Origin: Desulfobacterales bacterium
GTDB taxonomy: Bacteria > Desulfobacterota > Desulfobacteria > Desulfobacterales > UBA5852
Length of the DNA stretch: 64,000 nt
NCBI GenBank assembly: GCA_963674755.2
Contig: CAXXVS010000001.1
Location: forward strand, 416,001-480,000
Reading direction: 5' to 3'
Below the pieces are notes generated by a model. That model was not told where the DNA came from. It was given only the letters and a program-made list of their open reading frames with translations, and did not search any database. A program made the translations under genes and the position numbers. Positions 7,671-18,109 of the stretch are shown here, piece by piece. How positions within the stretch are numbered: the first letter of the stretch is position 1; each line of letters starts with the position of its first letter.

Positions 7671-8636
7671 TCAGCGGAAAATGTTGATTTCCCGGATCGC
7701 CCGATCCAGGAGACCACCCACCTCGCGGGCCCACGCGAACGATTGCGCCTTACGGGAAACATTGGTCATTTCATCGAAAGTGGCGGCGCTGATGTTGAGT
7801 TTTTTCCAGCCGTCCTGGCCAAAGGTGATCCGCGCACTTTCCGGATAGATGTCGAACAGGCACAGGGTTTCACCGGACGGGTTCCCGACCGTCTCGTATT
7901 CCAGCCCAACCCCCTTGTTGCGGTAGCGCAGGTGAAGACGTTTGTTCAGCTGCAGGACGTTGACCAATTTGGAATGAAGATAGACCAGGGCGCCGGACAC
8001 CTGCCGCGAATGGTGTCGCAGTTGCGACAGAAAAGTCTCCACCGTCAATTGGCGGGTGCGATCATCGCGGACGTGTTGGGAGGCGTTTTGGACGAATTCA
8101 ATCTGCGCCTCTTCGATGCTCCGGTCCGCCAGTCGATCATCGATGAGGGCATAAAGGGCGCTGCCTATATTAAAGAAGAGCTTTTTGCCCATCATCTGAT
8201 CGAATTCGGACAATATCTTATTGCCGTCCTTACCGGTCAAATCCTCCATTGAAAACCGGATGACGGGTTCCGCCGCGGAGAGATCATGCTGACTGAGAAG
8301 GGTGCAATACAGGGCCATATACTGTCCGGTGGACAGGAAAATCCAGGGGCAATTCAGACGGAAACAGTATTCCAGGTACTGGTTGATATCTTCTTCCAGG
8401 GTGTCGGCCCAAGATTTGACTTCTACGATGACCGAGGGTTTGTCATCTTTGAAAAGAACGATATCGAGCCCCTGGTGGTCGAAATCCATGTCCCGCAGCA
8501 GGTTCCAGCCGATCGTCTGCAGGAGGGGCACGATGATTTTGCTTTTGATGTTTTCTTTGTTGCCTTTGCGGCCGGCGATGATATGGGCTTCGATATCGAT
8601 GGATTTCAGATGGGAACGCAGTCTTTGAAAACTCAT
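7671..8636 (-). CDS. HsdR_N-like PD-(D/E)xK restriction-nuclease-fold protein
   Basis: [45 protein letters not shown] motifs; start MSFQ at 8636. Confidence 0.7.
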   Translation of the reverse strand: MSFQRLRSHLKSIDIEAHIIAGRKGNKENIKSKIIVPLLQTIGWNLLRDMDFDHQGLDIVLFKDDKPSVIVEVKSWADTLEEDINQYLEYCFRLNCPWIFLSTGQYMALYCTLLSQHDLSAAEPVIRFSMEDLTGKDGNKILSEFDQMMGKKLFFNIGSALYALIDDRLADRSIEEAQIEFVQNASQHVRDDRTRQLTVETFLSQLRHHSRQVSGALVYLHSKLVNVLQLNKRLHLRYRNKGVGLEYETVGNPSGETLCLFDIYPESARITFGQDGWKKLNISAATFDEMTNVSRKAQSFAWAREVGGLLDRAIREINIFR

Positions 8637-9020
8637 GGTTTCCGATCCCCCGGGAGGTGGGTGGCGGTGCCTTGACAGACGCCGCCGCGACCTGGGCCGG
8701 CTCACAGGTGTCTGGCGTCCGGCCAATGCCATCCGTTACGCTGAATGGGTGAAGGTTTTTTTGCCCCATGTGCTGTTTATCGGTGGCCGGAAGAGCCCCC
8801 TTTCCTCCGGTCATCCAGCGGGCAGGTTCAATCTATCTCGCTATGATAAATCGATTTTTGTTTTCATAGCACATAACCCTCAGGGTGAAAAGAGACGGCC
8901 GGAAGCGTAGATGGGAGACCGCCCGATCGGGCAGGGGGAGAAAGTGCGCCGTGGGATGGAACCGGAATCCCCGATCGAACAGGGCCTCCGTCGATAGAGC
9001 TTTTTTAAACGGCGCCGAAT

Positions 9021-9064
9021 GGGCGGGGGACACCGTCTTGGGGCATTGCCGGTGTCGCCCGCCT
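9021..9064 (-). terminator. Hairpin terminator after cheW
   Basis: GGCGGGGGACACCG...CGGTGTCGCCCGCC stem. Confidence 0.45.
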
Positions 9065-9090
9065 GGTTGCGCCTATGACCCTGCTGAAGA

Positions 9091-9564
9091 TCAGGCGGCT
9101 TGTTCGGTTTGGATAATAGCCTCGCTGGTCATTACGCGGTCGATATCGAGCAGGATTTTGACCCGGCCATCCATATTGGCCATACCGAGGATGTAATCGG
9201 TTTCCACTTTGGTGGCGAAGCCGGGGGCTTCCGCGATATCCTCGGTCTTGATGTTCATCACTTCGGATACGGCATCCACAACGATTCCGACCTGGATGGT
9301 GGTCGCCTCGCCATGGATTTCGACCACGATAATGCAGGTGCGGTCAGTATAGTCGGCGGCCGCCATTTCGAATCGCAGCCGCAGGTCGGATACCGGGATA
9401 ACCTTACCTCGCAGGTTGATCACGCCTTTGACGTATTCAGGGGTATGGGGCACGGAGGTGATCGGCAGCATGCCGATGATTTCCTTCACTTTAAGCAAGG
9501 CAATGCCGTATTCCTCATTGGCCAGTGTAAAGGTGAGATATTTTCCTGCCAGTGAATCGTTCAT
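9091..9564 (-). CDS. cheW: Chemotaxis protein CheW
   Basis: KYLTFTL.NEEYGI, VKGVINLRGKVIPV, GIVVDAVSEV. Confidence 0.95.
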   Translation of the reverse strand: MNDSLAGKYLTFTLANEEYGIALLKVKEIIGMLPITSVPHTPEYVKGVINLRGKVIPVSDLRLRFEMAAADYTDRTCIIVVEIHGEATTIQVGIVVDAVSEVMNIKTEDIAEAPGFATKVETDYILGMANMDGRVKILLDIDRVMTSEAIIQTEQAA

Positions 9565-9686
9565 CTGCTGTTCCTTCCATCCATGGATGGTTTCAGGGGA
9601 GATCGGTTTAGACCGGCTCTCCCCTGACCGTGTTGTTGATTAATTGGTGGCGGTCCATAAATGGTAGATTTTGGTTCCCAGCCGCA

Positions 9687-11279
9687 TTAGAAGTCCTGGA
9701 AGGCACCCCCGTCATTGTCATCAAAAGGGATGATTTTTTCAGGCGACGCGCCCTTGGCCGCCGCAGCCAAAGCAACGGCCTTGGGCCTGGCGCCGGCCCT
9801 TTTGGGCACCGCTGTTTTCCTTTGACGGTGAGGGGGGGCCGAGCTTGAACCCGCGCCTTCGACAAGTTCCACCAAGCCCTGGACCATATGTTTCATCTCT
9901 TCGGCCTGCGCATTGAGCTCCTGGGAGGCCGACGCGGATTCTTCGGCACTGGCGGCATTTTGCTGGACGACCTTGTCCATTTCCGTGACGGCGTTGTTGA
10001 TTTGCTCGACGCCCTGGGCCTGTTCGGTCGAGGCCGCTGCGATTTCACCGACGATATCGCCTACCTTGGCGGCCGAGGTGGCCACTTCCGAAAAAGCCCC
10101 GTTCGCCTTGTCCACCAGTTCGGAACCATCCCGCACCCGTTTGGCGGTATCTTCAATCAGCTCGGAAGTGTTTTTGGCGGCTTCGGCGGCGCGAATGGCC
10201 AAGTTGCGGACCTCATCCGCAACAACGGCAAAACCGGCCCCGGCCTCACCGGCCCGGGCCGCTTCCACGGCGGCGTTCAGGGCCAGCAGGTTGGTCTGGA
10301 AGGCGATCTCGTCAATCGTTTTGACAATTTTTTGTGTTTCTTCGCTGGCCTTGGTAATTTGCCCCATGGATTCCGTCAAATCCGTCATTTCACTCGTGGC
10401 CTGTTCGACCACCTGGTTGGCGTCTTTCATCAGTTGATTGGCCTGACCGGCATTGTCCGCATTTTGCTGGGTCATGGAGGCCATTTCCTCCAGAGAAGCG
10501 GACGTCTCCTCGATGGCGGCGGCCTGCTCGGAAGCCCCTTCGGCCAGGGACTGGCTTGATGACGATACCTGATTGGCGGCCGAGGCAATGCCGTCGGAGC
10601 CGGTGTTCATGGTTTCGATCAGCCTGTTGATGGGCTGGGCGATCGAGCGGGCCATAAGCCAGGCCAGTCCAATGCCGGCGATGGCAATGAGGGCGATGGT
10701 AATAAATATCGGGGTGAATACGCTGGAAATTTCTTTTTCCACGTCGTCGACATAAATGCCGGAGCCGATAACCCATTGCCACTGGGGAAACAGTTTGACA
10801 TAGGAAATCTTCGGCTGCGGCTTGTCGACACCCGGTTTGGGCCACATGTAGTCAACGAATCCCCCACCGTCTTTGCGGCACACATTGACCATTTCCACGA
10901 ACAGCTGTTTGCCGTTCGGATCTTTGGACCCTGAAAGGTCCTGGCCGTTCAGTGCGGGCTTCATGGGGTGCATGACCATGCGGGGGCCCATATCGTTGAT
11001 CCAGAAGTAGTCATTGCCTTCATAGCGCATGGCCTCCACGGCTTTGATCGCCTGATCCTGGGCTTGCGCGGGGGTCATGAGACCTTTCGCCGACTGATCG
11101 GCGTAATAGGCCACCACGCTGTAGGCGGCCTCCACGAGGTGCCGGGTTTTGACATATTTGGCGTCGTACATGTTGTCTCTGATTTTGGGATACAGCCAAC
11201 CGAAAATGGCGCTGAACGCGACCACTAGGGTAACCCCTAAAATCAGAATCCTGGTCGATAGTTTGAATTTGTTTAACAT
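9687..11279 (-). CDS. Methyl-accepting chemotaxis protein with single Cache_2 sensor
   Basis: Two TM helices, YFWIND/MHP/DPNGK Cache motifs, [34 protein letters not shown]. Confidence 0.95.
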   Translation of the reverse strand: MLNKFKLSTRILILGVTLVVAFSAIFGWLYPKIRDNMYDAKYVKTRHLVEAAYSVVAYYADQSAKGLMTPAQAQDQAIKAVEAMRYEGNDYFWINDMGPRMVMHPMKPALNGQDLSGSKDPNGKQLFVEMVNVCRKDGGGFVDYMWPKPGVDKPQPKISYVKLFPQWQWVIGSGIYVDDVEKEISSVFTPIFITIALIAIAGIGLAWLMARSIAQPINRLIETMNTGSDGIASAANQVSSSSQSLAEGASEQAAAIEETSASLEEMASMTQQNADNAGQANQLMKDANQVVEQATSEMTDLTESMGQITKASEETQKIVKTIDEIAFQTNLLALNAAVEAARAGEAGAGFAVVADEVRNLAIRAAEAAKNTSELIEDTAKRVRDGSELVDKANGAFSEVATSAAKVGDIVGEIAAASTEQAQGVEQINNAVTEMDKVVQQNAASAEESASASQELNAQAEEMKHMVQGLVELVEGAGSSSAPPHRQRKTAVPKRAGARPKAVALAAAAKGASPEKIIPFDDNDGGAFQDF

Positions 11280-11734
11280 TTGGTAGCCTCCCCGCTAAAT
11301 GGAAGGTCCTCTTGATGGACCTATTCGAATCCTGCCCTGCCGCCCTGAACAGCTGCCGGCTTCCAGGGATGCGGCCTGGGTCTTAGGAGATGTATCGGGT
11401 TGATTTAAGTAGAACTTTAACATTTTCGAGCGTATGGTCAGGATCGATGCGCGCCATTCGTTTTGGGAGATCCTGCCGATCTTGACCTCGGTCAATCGCT
11501 AAAGATGGCATGCGGGAAGGATGCTGTTTCAAGATCTGTCTCCGTCTATTGACCCTTTGATTAGATTATGTCATATAGTTTCAGTGGATTACGATGGCCT
11601 TAGCTGCTTCAAGGCATTTTCGAACGAATCCGTCGCTAAACCTGCCGGCGAGAAATACCGATACCCTTGCAACGACGGAGGGCTTGTTTACGCCTCATTG
11701 ACCACGTGCATCAAGATCATGCGGGAAGGGACAT

Positions 11735-12862
11735 ATGGATAAGGTTTTGATTGTCGACAGTAATGCCGATTTTCTCAAGTCGCTCAAAGAAGGTCTCGAC
11801 AAGATGCACCAGTTTGAGGTGCTGGTTGCCAGCGACGGCGAAGAGGCTATCCGGATTCTTTCCAATGACAAAGTGGCGGTGCTTGTCACGGACATTAACA
11901 TGCCCAGGTTCGATGGCCTGGAGCTTTTGGCTTTCATGACCCAGGAGCATCCCAATACGCCCTGCGTCGTGATGACCGATTACGGCAAGCCCTGGTTTCG
12001 CAAACGGATGGACCAGCAGGAGGTGCTTTACCATCTTGAAAAGCCCTTTGAAATCGGTGCATTGGCTTCCGCTATTTTTGTGGGGCTCAACTTGCGGGAT
12101 GAAGGCATGAATTACAAGGGCATGACCATGGCCAGCATTCTGCCGTTGATTGAAATCGAGCAGAAAACTTGCCGCATGGAAGTCAAATCGGCCGGCAAGG
12201 GCAAGGGCTATCTCTATTTTGACGAAGGGGTTCTGATCGATGCCCATTTGAAAGGCAAGACAGGGGAGAAGGCCGCCCTGGCCATATCCGAATGGGATCG
12301 CATTACGATAAAATTTTCCGATCTACCACGCCGTCGCACGCGCACCCGCGTCAAAACCCACTTGATGGACATGGCCGGTGCTACCTGGATGCGCGAAGAG
12401 ACCGAAGCCCTGGGCGAGGAAGAATCGACCGGCGAGGGCATGGTTCTGGAAACATCGACGAGCCAGACGCTGCTGGACGAGGAGACCAGCCGCAGCATAC
12501 TTTTGCACTCGGTCGAAGACTTCAAATCCATCAAGGGCTACCAGGCGGTAGCAATTCTGGATGCCGATGGGGACATTCTGGCCGCTGATATCCTGGACGG
12601 CCAGGTTGAACTGGAGAGGCTGGCCATCGGCATCAGCAGCATTTTCTCCGTCAGCGAGGAGACGACGCGGCAGATTGGTTTCGATCGCTGCCAAGCGCTT
12701 ACACTGCATACCCGCAATGGCGTTATTCTTCTCGTAACGTCGGATCTTGAGATGGCGGCCGGACTTCGACTGATGGGCGTTACAAAACCTGACGGGAATT
12801 GGTTTTACATGAAAGTTCAGCTGGAGAATTTATTCCCGAAACTTGTTGCCGGGTTGTCCTAG
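11735..12862 (+). CDS. Response regulator: REC plus DUF4388-like plus Roadblock/LC7-like domain
   Basis: VLIVD, TDINMP, EKPF; EIEQKTC..GYLYFDEG.LIDA; C-terminal FKSIKGYQAVAILDADG. Confidence 0.8.
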   Translation: MDKVLIVDSNADFLKSLKEGLDKMHQFEVLVASDGEEAIRILSNDKVAVLVTDINMPRFDGLELLAFMTQEHPNTPCVVMTDYGKPWFRKRMDQQEVLYHLEKPFEIGALASAIFVGLNLRDEGMNYKGMTMASILPLIEIEQKTCRMEVKSAGKGKGYLYFDEGVLIDAHLKGKTGEKAALAISEWDRITIKFSDLPRRRTRTRVKTHLMDMAGATWMREETEALGEEESTGEGMVLETSTSQTLLDEETSRSILLHSVEDFKSIKGYQAVAILDADGDILAADILDGQVELERLAIGISSIFSVSEETTRQIGFDRCQALTLHTRNGVILLVTSDLEMAAGLRLMGVTKPDGNWFYMKVQLENLFPKLVAGLS

Positions 12863-12937
12863 ATCGCCTTGCTCCGCAAGACTTCCCGCCACCTATCCCA
12901 TGTTTTTTTTCACCCTAGAATTGAAGGAGAAAAAGCC

Positions 12938-13501
12938 ATGCGCATTGCATATGCTCTTTGTGCATTGTTGGCCCTGATTTTCATAGCGGGAACGGTTGCC
13001 GCGCAGGATCTGGAGAAAGCATTTTTAGGGCTCCCCTGGGGAGCGGATATCCGCAACCAGAAAGGCTATGAACTGCTGTATGAAAAAGAGGACCTGCGCT
13101 ATTACATCCAGCCGGGAATCCACCGAGTCGTCGATGGATTTAACATTGCGCGGGTGATTTACGGAACCCAGGACTATCGCTTCTACGCCGCTTTCCTGTT
13201 GATCGAGTCCATGGAAACCTTCGATGGTATCAAAGCCTATATGGGAAAACGTTACGGATTTCCCAAAACGACCTGGTCGGTGGCCAATGAGCAAACCACC
13301 TATACGTGGATTTACAAGCCTATTCGCATGAAGCTCAAATTCTACCAGAAGGATGGGCGGATGAAACTGGCCTTTTACTACACGCCCATTGCCGACCAGG
13401 TGAACGAAAAGGCGGCCGAAGCCTCTCAGCAGAAATCGATCGAATTCCTACCGATTGAGCGGGACAAAAATCCGATGAATATGCCGCTGCTTGAATTTTA
13501 G
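12938..13501 (+). CDS. Secreted hypothetical protein
   Basis: AAGGAG RBS, signal peptide, FLGLPWG motif. Confidence 0.75.
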   Translation: MRIAYALCALLALIFIAGTVAAQDLEKAFLGLPWGADIRNQKGYELLYEKEDLRYYIQPGIHRVVDGFNIARVIYGTQDYRFYAAFLLIESMETFDGIKAYMGKRYGFPKTTWSVANEQTTYTWIYKPIRMKLKFYQKDGRMKLAFYYTPIADQVNEKAAEASQQKSIEFLPIERDKNPMNMPLLEF

Positions 13502-13603
13502 CCTGAAGGTGCGCCCGGTGGCCATGAAGCGCTGGCAATGGTGGCTATCCTAGCAGGACCGCCGGGCTTTGAGTCGGAATCTTTTGGCATGAGGAGGTGT
13601 GCC

Positions 13604-13702
13604 ATGACGAGAAACGATCATAACCACCCAAGGGATCCCTGGCTGGGTGTTTTTTGTCCGGAAGACCGCTGCCACGCTAAGCCGCCCACCCATATGGTCT
13701 GA
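13604..13702 (+). CDS. Small protein (32 aa) with WLGVFCPEDRC motif
   Basis: GAGGAGG RBS; own intrinsic terminator at 13745-13773. Confidence 0.55.
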   Translation: MTRNDHNHPRDPWLGVFCPEDRCHAKPPTHMV

Positions 13703-13744
13703 TGTTTCGCACGGGTCGGGCCATGCCCCCTGATTGGAACCTGC

Positions 13745-13773
13745 AAGCCGGCGGTAGATCCGCCGGCTTTTTT
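13745..13773 (+). terminator. Rho-independent terminator
   Basis: AAGCCGGCGG-tagat-CCGCCGGCTT followed by T run. Confidence 0.8.
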
Positions 13774-13812
13774 GTGGACCCTCCGGGTTTCTTCCATCGC
13801 CATGAATAAAAT

Positions 13813-13841
13813 TTGACAAAATCCGAGCAACCCGTTATGGT
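13813..13841 (+). promoter_or_regulatory. Sigma70 promoter candidate for aor
   Basis: TTGACA-17 nt-TATGGT. Confidence 0.5.
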
Positions 13842-14014
13842 CTTTATGTGTTAGGTCTCATTATTTCGATAGCCGACCGGGTTTTCTTCTGCACGCCATA
13901 TGGCACTTCTAAAATTGACCAGGTTGTTCCGCTGACATCCTACAGGAGGGTCGGTCGGCTATCGTTCCCTCCCGATTTTATTTATTTCCTTGTGAGGTCA
14001 TAGGGGAGGATCGC

Positions 14015-15982
14015 ATGGGCCATGCCAGCATGGGTAAGATCATGTGGGTCGATCTTAGCCAGGGCAGCATCCGGATTGAGCAGATCCCCGACCATATCTA
14101 TGAGACGGTTTTATCCGGTGTCGGTCTTGCGGTTCAGTTGCTCTACGAGCGCATTCCTGCCGGAGCCGACCCGCTGGGCCCGGACAATGTGCTCGGTTTC
14201 GTATCCGGTTTGCTGACGGGAACAGGGAGCCTGTTTACCGGTCGCTGGATGGTGACCGGGAAATCACCCCTGACCGGAGGATGGGGCGACGCCAACTGCG
14301 GCGGGAATTTTTCGCCTGCGATCAAGCGCTGCGGGGTCGACGGCATTTTTTTTACGGGCATCAGCCCGCGGCCGGTCTATTTCTGGGCTGATAAAGGCCG
14401 CGCCGAACTACGGGACGCCGCGGCGTTGTGGGGCTGCGACACTTACGAGACCGAAGCGCGTCTACGGCAGCAAAACGGCGGACGACGCCTTCGCGTGGCC
14501 TGCATCGGTCCGGCAGGTGAACACCAGTCCCTCATTGCGGGCGTTGCCAATGATGGGGGACGTATGGCCGCCCGGTCAGGCCTGGGGGCGGTAATGGGGG
14601 CCAAGCATCTCAAGGCGGTTGCTTTGGGAGGCGGTCAGCGTATACCGGTCTACGACCGGAAGTCCGTCAAGGCCTTGAGTGCCAGGTGTAACGAGACGGT
14701 TCAGTTCCATCCCCCATTTTTAAACGGCATATTGATGGCCTATACCGGCAGTCTCATGCGCCTCCTGCCCATGCAGATGGCCTTCGACGGCATGTTGTAC
14801 AAACTTATGCTGGACAAATACGGCACGGCCAGCCTCAACCAGCTCCTGGTGGAGGTGGGGGATACGCCTGTTAAAAACTGGCGTGGCAGCAATGAAGATT
14901 TTCCGCGGGAGCTTTCCGCCCATTTGAGTCCCGAAGTGTTTACGGACACGATGGTGGTCAAATATCATTGTTACAGCTGCCCCCTGGGGTGCGGCGGGCT
15001 GATGGCCCAGAACAGCCCCTGGCCCGGTGCGCACAAACCCGAGTACGAATCCGTCATGGCGCTGGGCGGCTTGCTGTTGAACGATGACGCCGAGAGCATT
15101 TACAAGCTTAACGATATGCTCAACCGGGCGGGCATGGATACGATCTCGGCCGGTGGCACGGTGGCGTTTGCCATGGAGTGTTTTGAAAAAGGCCTTCTCA
15201 CCCGGGAAGATACCGACGGTCTGGATCTCTCCTGGGGCAACAGCGACGCTGTCATTGCCCTGGTGGAGAAGATGATCCGGCGTGAAGGCATCGGTGACTT
15301 ACTGGCGGACGGGTCCCGGGCGGCGGCCCGCAAAATCGGCCCACCGTCCGATCGACTGGCCATGCATGCCGGCGGGCAGGAGTTGGGCATGCACGATGGG
15401 CGTTACGACCCTGGGTTTGCGCTGCATTACAGCGCCGAACCGACCCCGGGCCGGCATACCATCGGTTCCCAGATGTATTATGAAATGTTTCGGCTGTGGG
15501 AACGAATTCCCGATTTGCCGGATGTGGACCTGATCTACCGCAAGGCCAGCAAATACGACGTCCAGGAAGAAAAGATCGCGGCCGCGGCCGCCTGCAGCCG
15601 TTTCATGAATGTCCTCAACGGCAGCGGCACCTGCCTTTTTGGCGCTTTTTTGGGTGTAGAACGGCTGCCGTTGTTCGAATGGCTCAATGCCGCCACAGGA
15701 TGGCGTCGTTCTCCCCAAGCGTATCTGCACATCGGTGAACGTATTCAGAATCTGAAACAGGCCTTCAATATACGACACGGCATTGAACCTAAATCGTTCA
15801 AGGCCAACCCGCGCACTCTGGGGAAACCGCCCCAGGAGAACGGTGCCAATGCAGGGCGAAGTGTCGCGATCGAAGCGCTGATGCGTGCCTACTGGAAGCA
15901 CTTCGGATGGGACGAGGAGAGCGGCAAACCCGGTACGGCCCATCTCAAACGATGGGGCATTACCCCTTATGGCAGCAGATGA
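14015..15982 (+). CDS. aor: Tungsten aldehyde:ferredoxin oxidoreductase family protein
   Basis: KSPLTGGWGDANCGG, IGPAGE, AARSGLGAVMGAKHLKA, CYSCPLGC, PEYE, GMDTISAG. Confidence 0.92.
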   Translation: MGHASMGKIMWVDLSQGSIRIEQIPDHIYETVLSGVGLAVQLLYERIPAGADPLGPDNVLGFVSGLLTGTGSLFTGRWMVTGKSPLTGGWGDANCGGNFSPAIKRCGVDGIFFTGISPRPVYFWADKGRAELRDAAALWGCDTYETEARLRQQNGGRRLRVACIGPAGEHQSLIAGVANDGGRMAARSGLGAVMGAKHLKAVALGGGQRIPVYDRKSVKALSARCNETVQFHPPFLNGILMAYTGSLMRLLPMQMAFDGMLYKLMLDKYGTASLNQLLVEVGDTPVKNWRGSNEDFPRELSAHLSPEVFTDTMVVKYHCYSCPLGCGGLMAQNSPWPGAHKPEYESVMALGGLLLNDDAESIYKLNDMLNRAGMDTISAGGTVAFAMECFEKGLLTREDTDGLDLSWGNSDAVIALVEKMIRREGIGDLLADGSRAAARKIGPPSDRLAMHAGGQELGMHDGRYDPGFALHYSAEPTPGRHTIGSQMYYEMFRLWERIPDLPDVDLIYRKASKYDVQEEKIAAAAACSRFMNVLNGSGTCLFGAFLGVERLPLFEWLNAATGWRRSPQAYLHIGERIQNLKQAFNIRHGIEPKSFKANPRTLGKPPQENGANAGRSVAIEALMRAYWKHFGWDEESGKPGTAHLKRWGITPYGSR

Positions 15983-15989
15983 GGCGTCG

Positions 15990-16469
15990 ATGAGCTACCG
16001 GATTACAGATCGATGCGTCGGCTGCGGCATGTGCCGCAAGATCTGTCCGGTAGATTGCATCGCCGGGGAACCCCGCAAGCGGCACAAAGTGGCATCCGAC
16101 CGTTGTATCGACTGCGGGGCCTGCGGCCGGATTTGCCCCCACAATGCCGTCCAGGACCCTTTGGGGCGACCCTGTGAACGCATTCGTCGCCGGGCCCTGT
16201 ATTGGGGAAAGCCTCTCTTTGACTATTCCCTGTGTATGTCCTGCCGGGTATGCATCGATGCCTGTCCGGCCGCCTGTTTGGCGGTTACCTATACGGAAGA
16301 CACCCAAAACAAGAAAGCCTATCCGTATTTATCGGCCCCCGCAGATTGTGTCGCCTGCCGGTTTTGCATGCTGGAATGCCCGGTGGAGGCGGTCTTCATG
16401 AAAGCCGAGGGCGACATGAGTGATGATGAGAAAAAATCGCTGGACGGGCCATTTACATCCGGTGTATGA
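15990..16469 (+). CDS. Polyferredoxin (four CxxCxxCxxxCP motifs)
   Basis: Four [4Fe-4S] motifs; follows aor. Confidence 0.9.
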   Translation: MSYRITDRCVGCGMCRKICPVDCIAGEPRKRHKVASDRCIDCGACGRICPHNAVQDPLGRPCERIRRRALYWGKPLFDYSLCMSCRVCIDACPAACLAVTYTEDTQNKKAYPYLSAPADCVACRFCMLECPVEAVFMKAEGDMSDDEKKSLDGPFTSGV

Positions 16470-16714
16470 CGGCCCTTAGTGCAGGGGCGCAGGGCTCCAC
16501 GGCATATTTGGAGGCAGATTCGCTGACGCTGGGCAACTGGTTTCCCCGGCCGGTGTTCATTGGAGGACACCACGGGCCCCAACCGCAAAAGCCGGGTCAA
16601 TCAGGGCAAGAACACGCGGAGAGGTGTGACCGGTGGACGGCTCGCAGATGCCGGGGCGTCCTGTGCCCCTTTTTACCAGGGAGGTTTCATCGAAGAGGGA
16701 GCCCCCACTCTATT

Positions 16715-17212
16715 TTAATACGCCGGGATGGCCAGGTTGCGATTGTTCAATTCCGCTTCTATGGGTTGCCCCTCGACGACATCCACGGCGACCTGCCAGG
16801 CGCACTTGAATCCAGCAATCATGGTGGGAAAGGTTACGACGACGCAATAGCGGCCGGGTGTTATATCGTGGAAAGCAAAGGTCCCGTCTGGTCGGGTCAG
16901 CTTGGTGTCCACGATATAGTCGGGCGCTTCTTGGGCTTGCCGGAAGTTCACGTAGAAATCCATATGACCGGAATTGATCCGTGACCGCCGTTCGATGGGG
17001 ACGTCAATGGAGGTGAGGTCTACCGCCGGAACATCGATCGGTTTTGTCGTCAGATACACCCGCACCCAGTCAGCATAGTAGATCTCACCGCTTGGGTTGG
17101 CCAGACTGATTCGCCCCTCAATGTCGGCCGCCTGCGCCTGACCGGCGCCGATGCTTGCCAGCAGCATCATAGAAATGCCCATAAAAACGATCATCCGGAG
17201 TTTTAGCCGCAT
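16715..17212 (-). CDS. Secreted protein with carboxypeptidase-regulatory-like fold
   Basis: AGGAGG RBS, signal peptide, TRPDGTFAFHDITPGRY. Confidence 0.7.
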   Translation of the reverse strand: MRLKLRMIVFMGISMMLLASIGAGQAQAADIEGRISLANPSGEIYYADWVRVYLTTKPIDVPAVDLTSIDVPIERRSRINSGHMDFYVNFRQAQEAPDYIVDTKLTRPDGTFAFHDITPGRYCVVVTFPTMIAGFKCAWQVAVDVVEGQPIEAELNNRNLAIPAY

Positions 17213-17607
17213 CGTGGCCTCCTTGATGGATTGGTGTACGGCGCCTAGGTCCAGCCAAGGTTAGTCAAGTCAATCTCGTGTGTCAAAACCAAACCCGGTC
17301 TTTGCACCCTACGGCGGCGACATGACTCGCGGGCGGCATGTTTCAGGATTTGGATCGCGAATGAACGGGGGGGCGGTGCCCCGCGACATCCACCTTATCC
17401 ATTTGAAGGAATTGCTTTTAATATCGACGTGATAGGGTTTGCATTTGATTTCCTTATAGTATATATCCGTAAAATGGCGTTTTAGTGCAACGCTCTCTTC
17501 GTAGTCCCAGGACGCAATCCCGATCCTCTGATATTTAGATCTTCTGGCTTGCATTCCAAAGTTCTTGTTGGTCAATGAGAGTCAATCAGCTCCCACAGGA
17601 GTGCCTC

Positions 17608-18057
17608 ATGAAATGTATCGCGCTGGCCGGACTGGTGACATCGGTTTTCCTGCTGCTTTTTGCATCTAAGGCTTCGGCGGCAGAGTTTGCCGGTTTTGTC
17701 AAGTCGTTGGGAGGACAGGCCACCGTTTTACGGGACGGTGAGGCTAAGGAGGCCGCTGTGGGGATGGAGATCAAGGCGGGGGACATTGTCAAAACGGGTG
17801 TGGATGGATCGGTGGGATTGATTTTTTCAGACGATACAATCATCACCATGGGATCCCGAACGGAATTTGTGGTCGAAGACTATTTATTCGAGCCGCTAGA
17901 GGGCCGCTTGGCGTTTGTTGCCAAAATTTTGCGGGGAACGATTTCCTACTTGTCCGGACAGATCGAAAAGTTGTCGCCGGGCGCCGTCCAACTCAAGACG
18001 CCGGCGGCCACCATCGGGGTCCGGGGGACGCATGTTTTGCTTAAAGTCGAGCCCTGA
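17608..18057 (+). CDS. FecR-domain secreted protein
   Basis: GDIVKTG.DGSVGLIFSDDT, KTPAATIGVRGT. Confidence 0.85.
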   Translation: MKCIALAGLVTSVFLLLFASKASAAEFAGFVKSLGGQATVLRDGEAKEAAVGMEIKAGDIVKTGVDGSVGLIFSDDTIITMGSRTEFVVEDYLFEPLEGRLAFVAKILRGTISYLSGQIEKLSPGAVQLKTPAATIGVRGTHVLLKVEP

Positions 18058-18109
18058 TATCCCCAAAAAGCATATGGGATTTCAAACGATCATATAGGAG
18101 AGATGATCT

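Noticed and set aside
13820..13870. Moco/Tuco riboswitch resemblance (TCCGAGC...TATGGT) upstream of aor
   Set aside because: Conserved 3' GCCUCC...GGAAAGG elements are absent and the segment fits a promoter spacer better
16466..16714. 172-aa + strand ORF or structured RNA between ferredoxin and the secreted protein
   Set aside because: ORF overlaps a real minus-strand gene and is not protein-like; only scattered short hairpins
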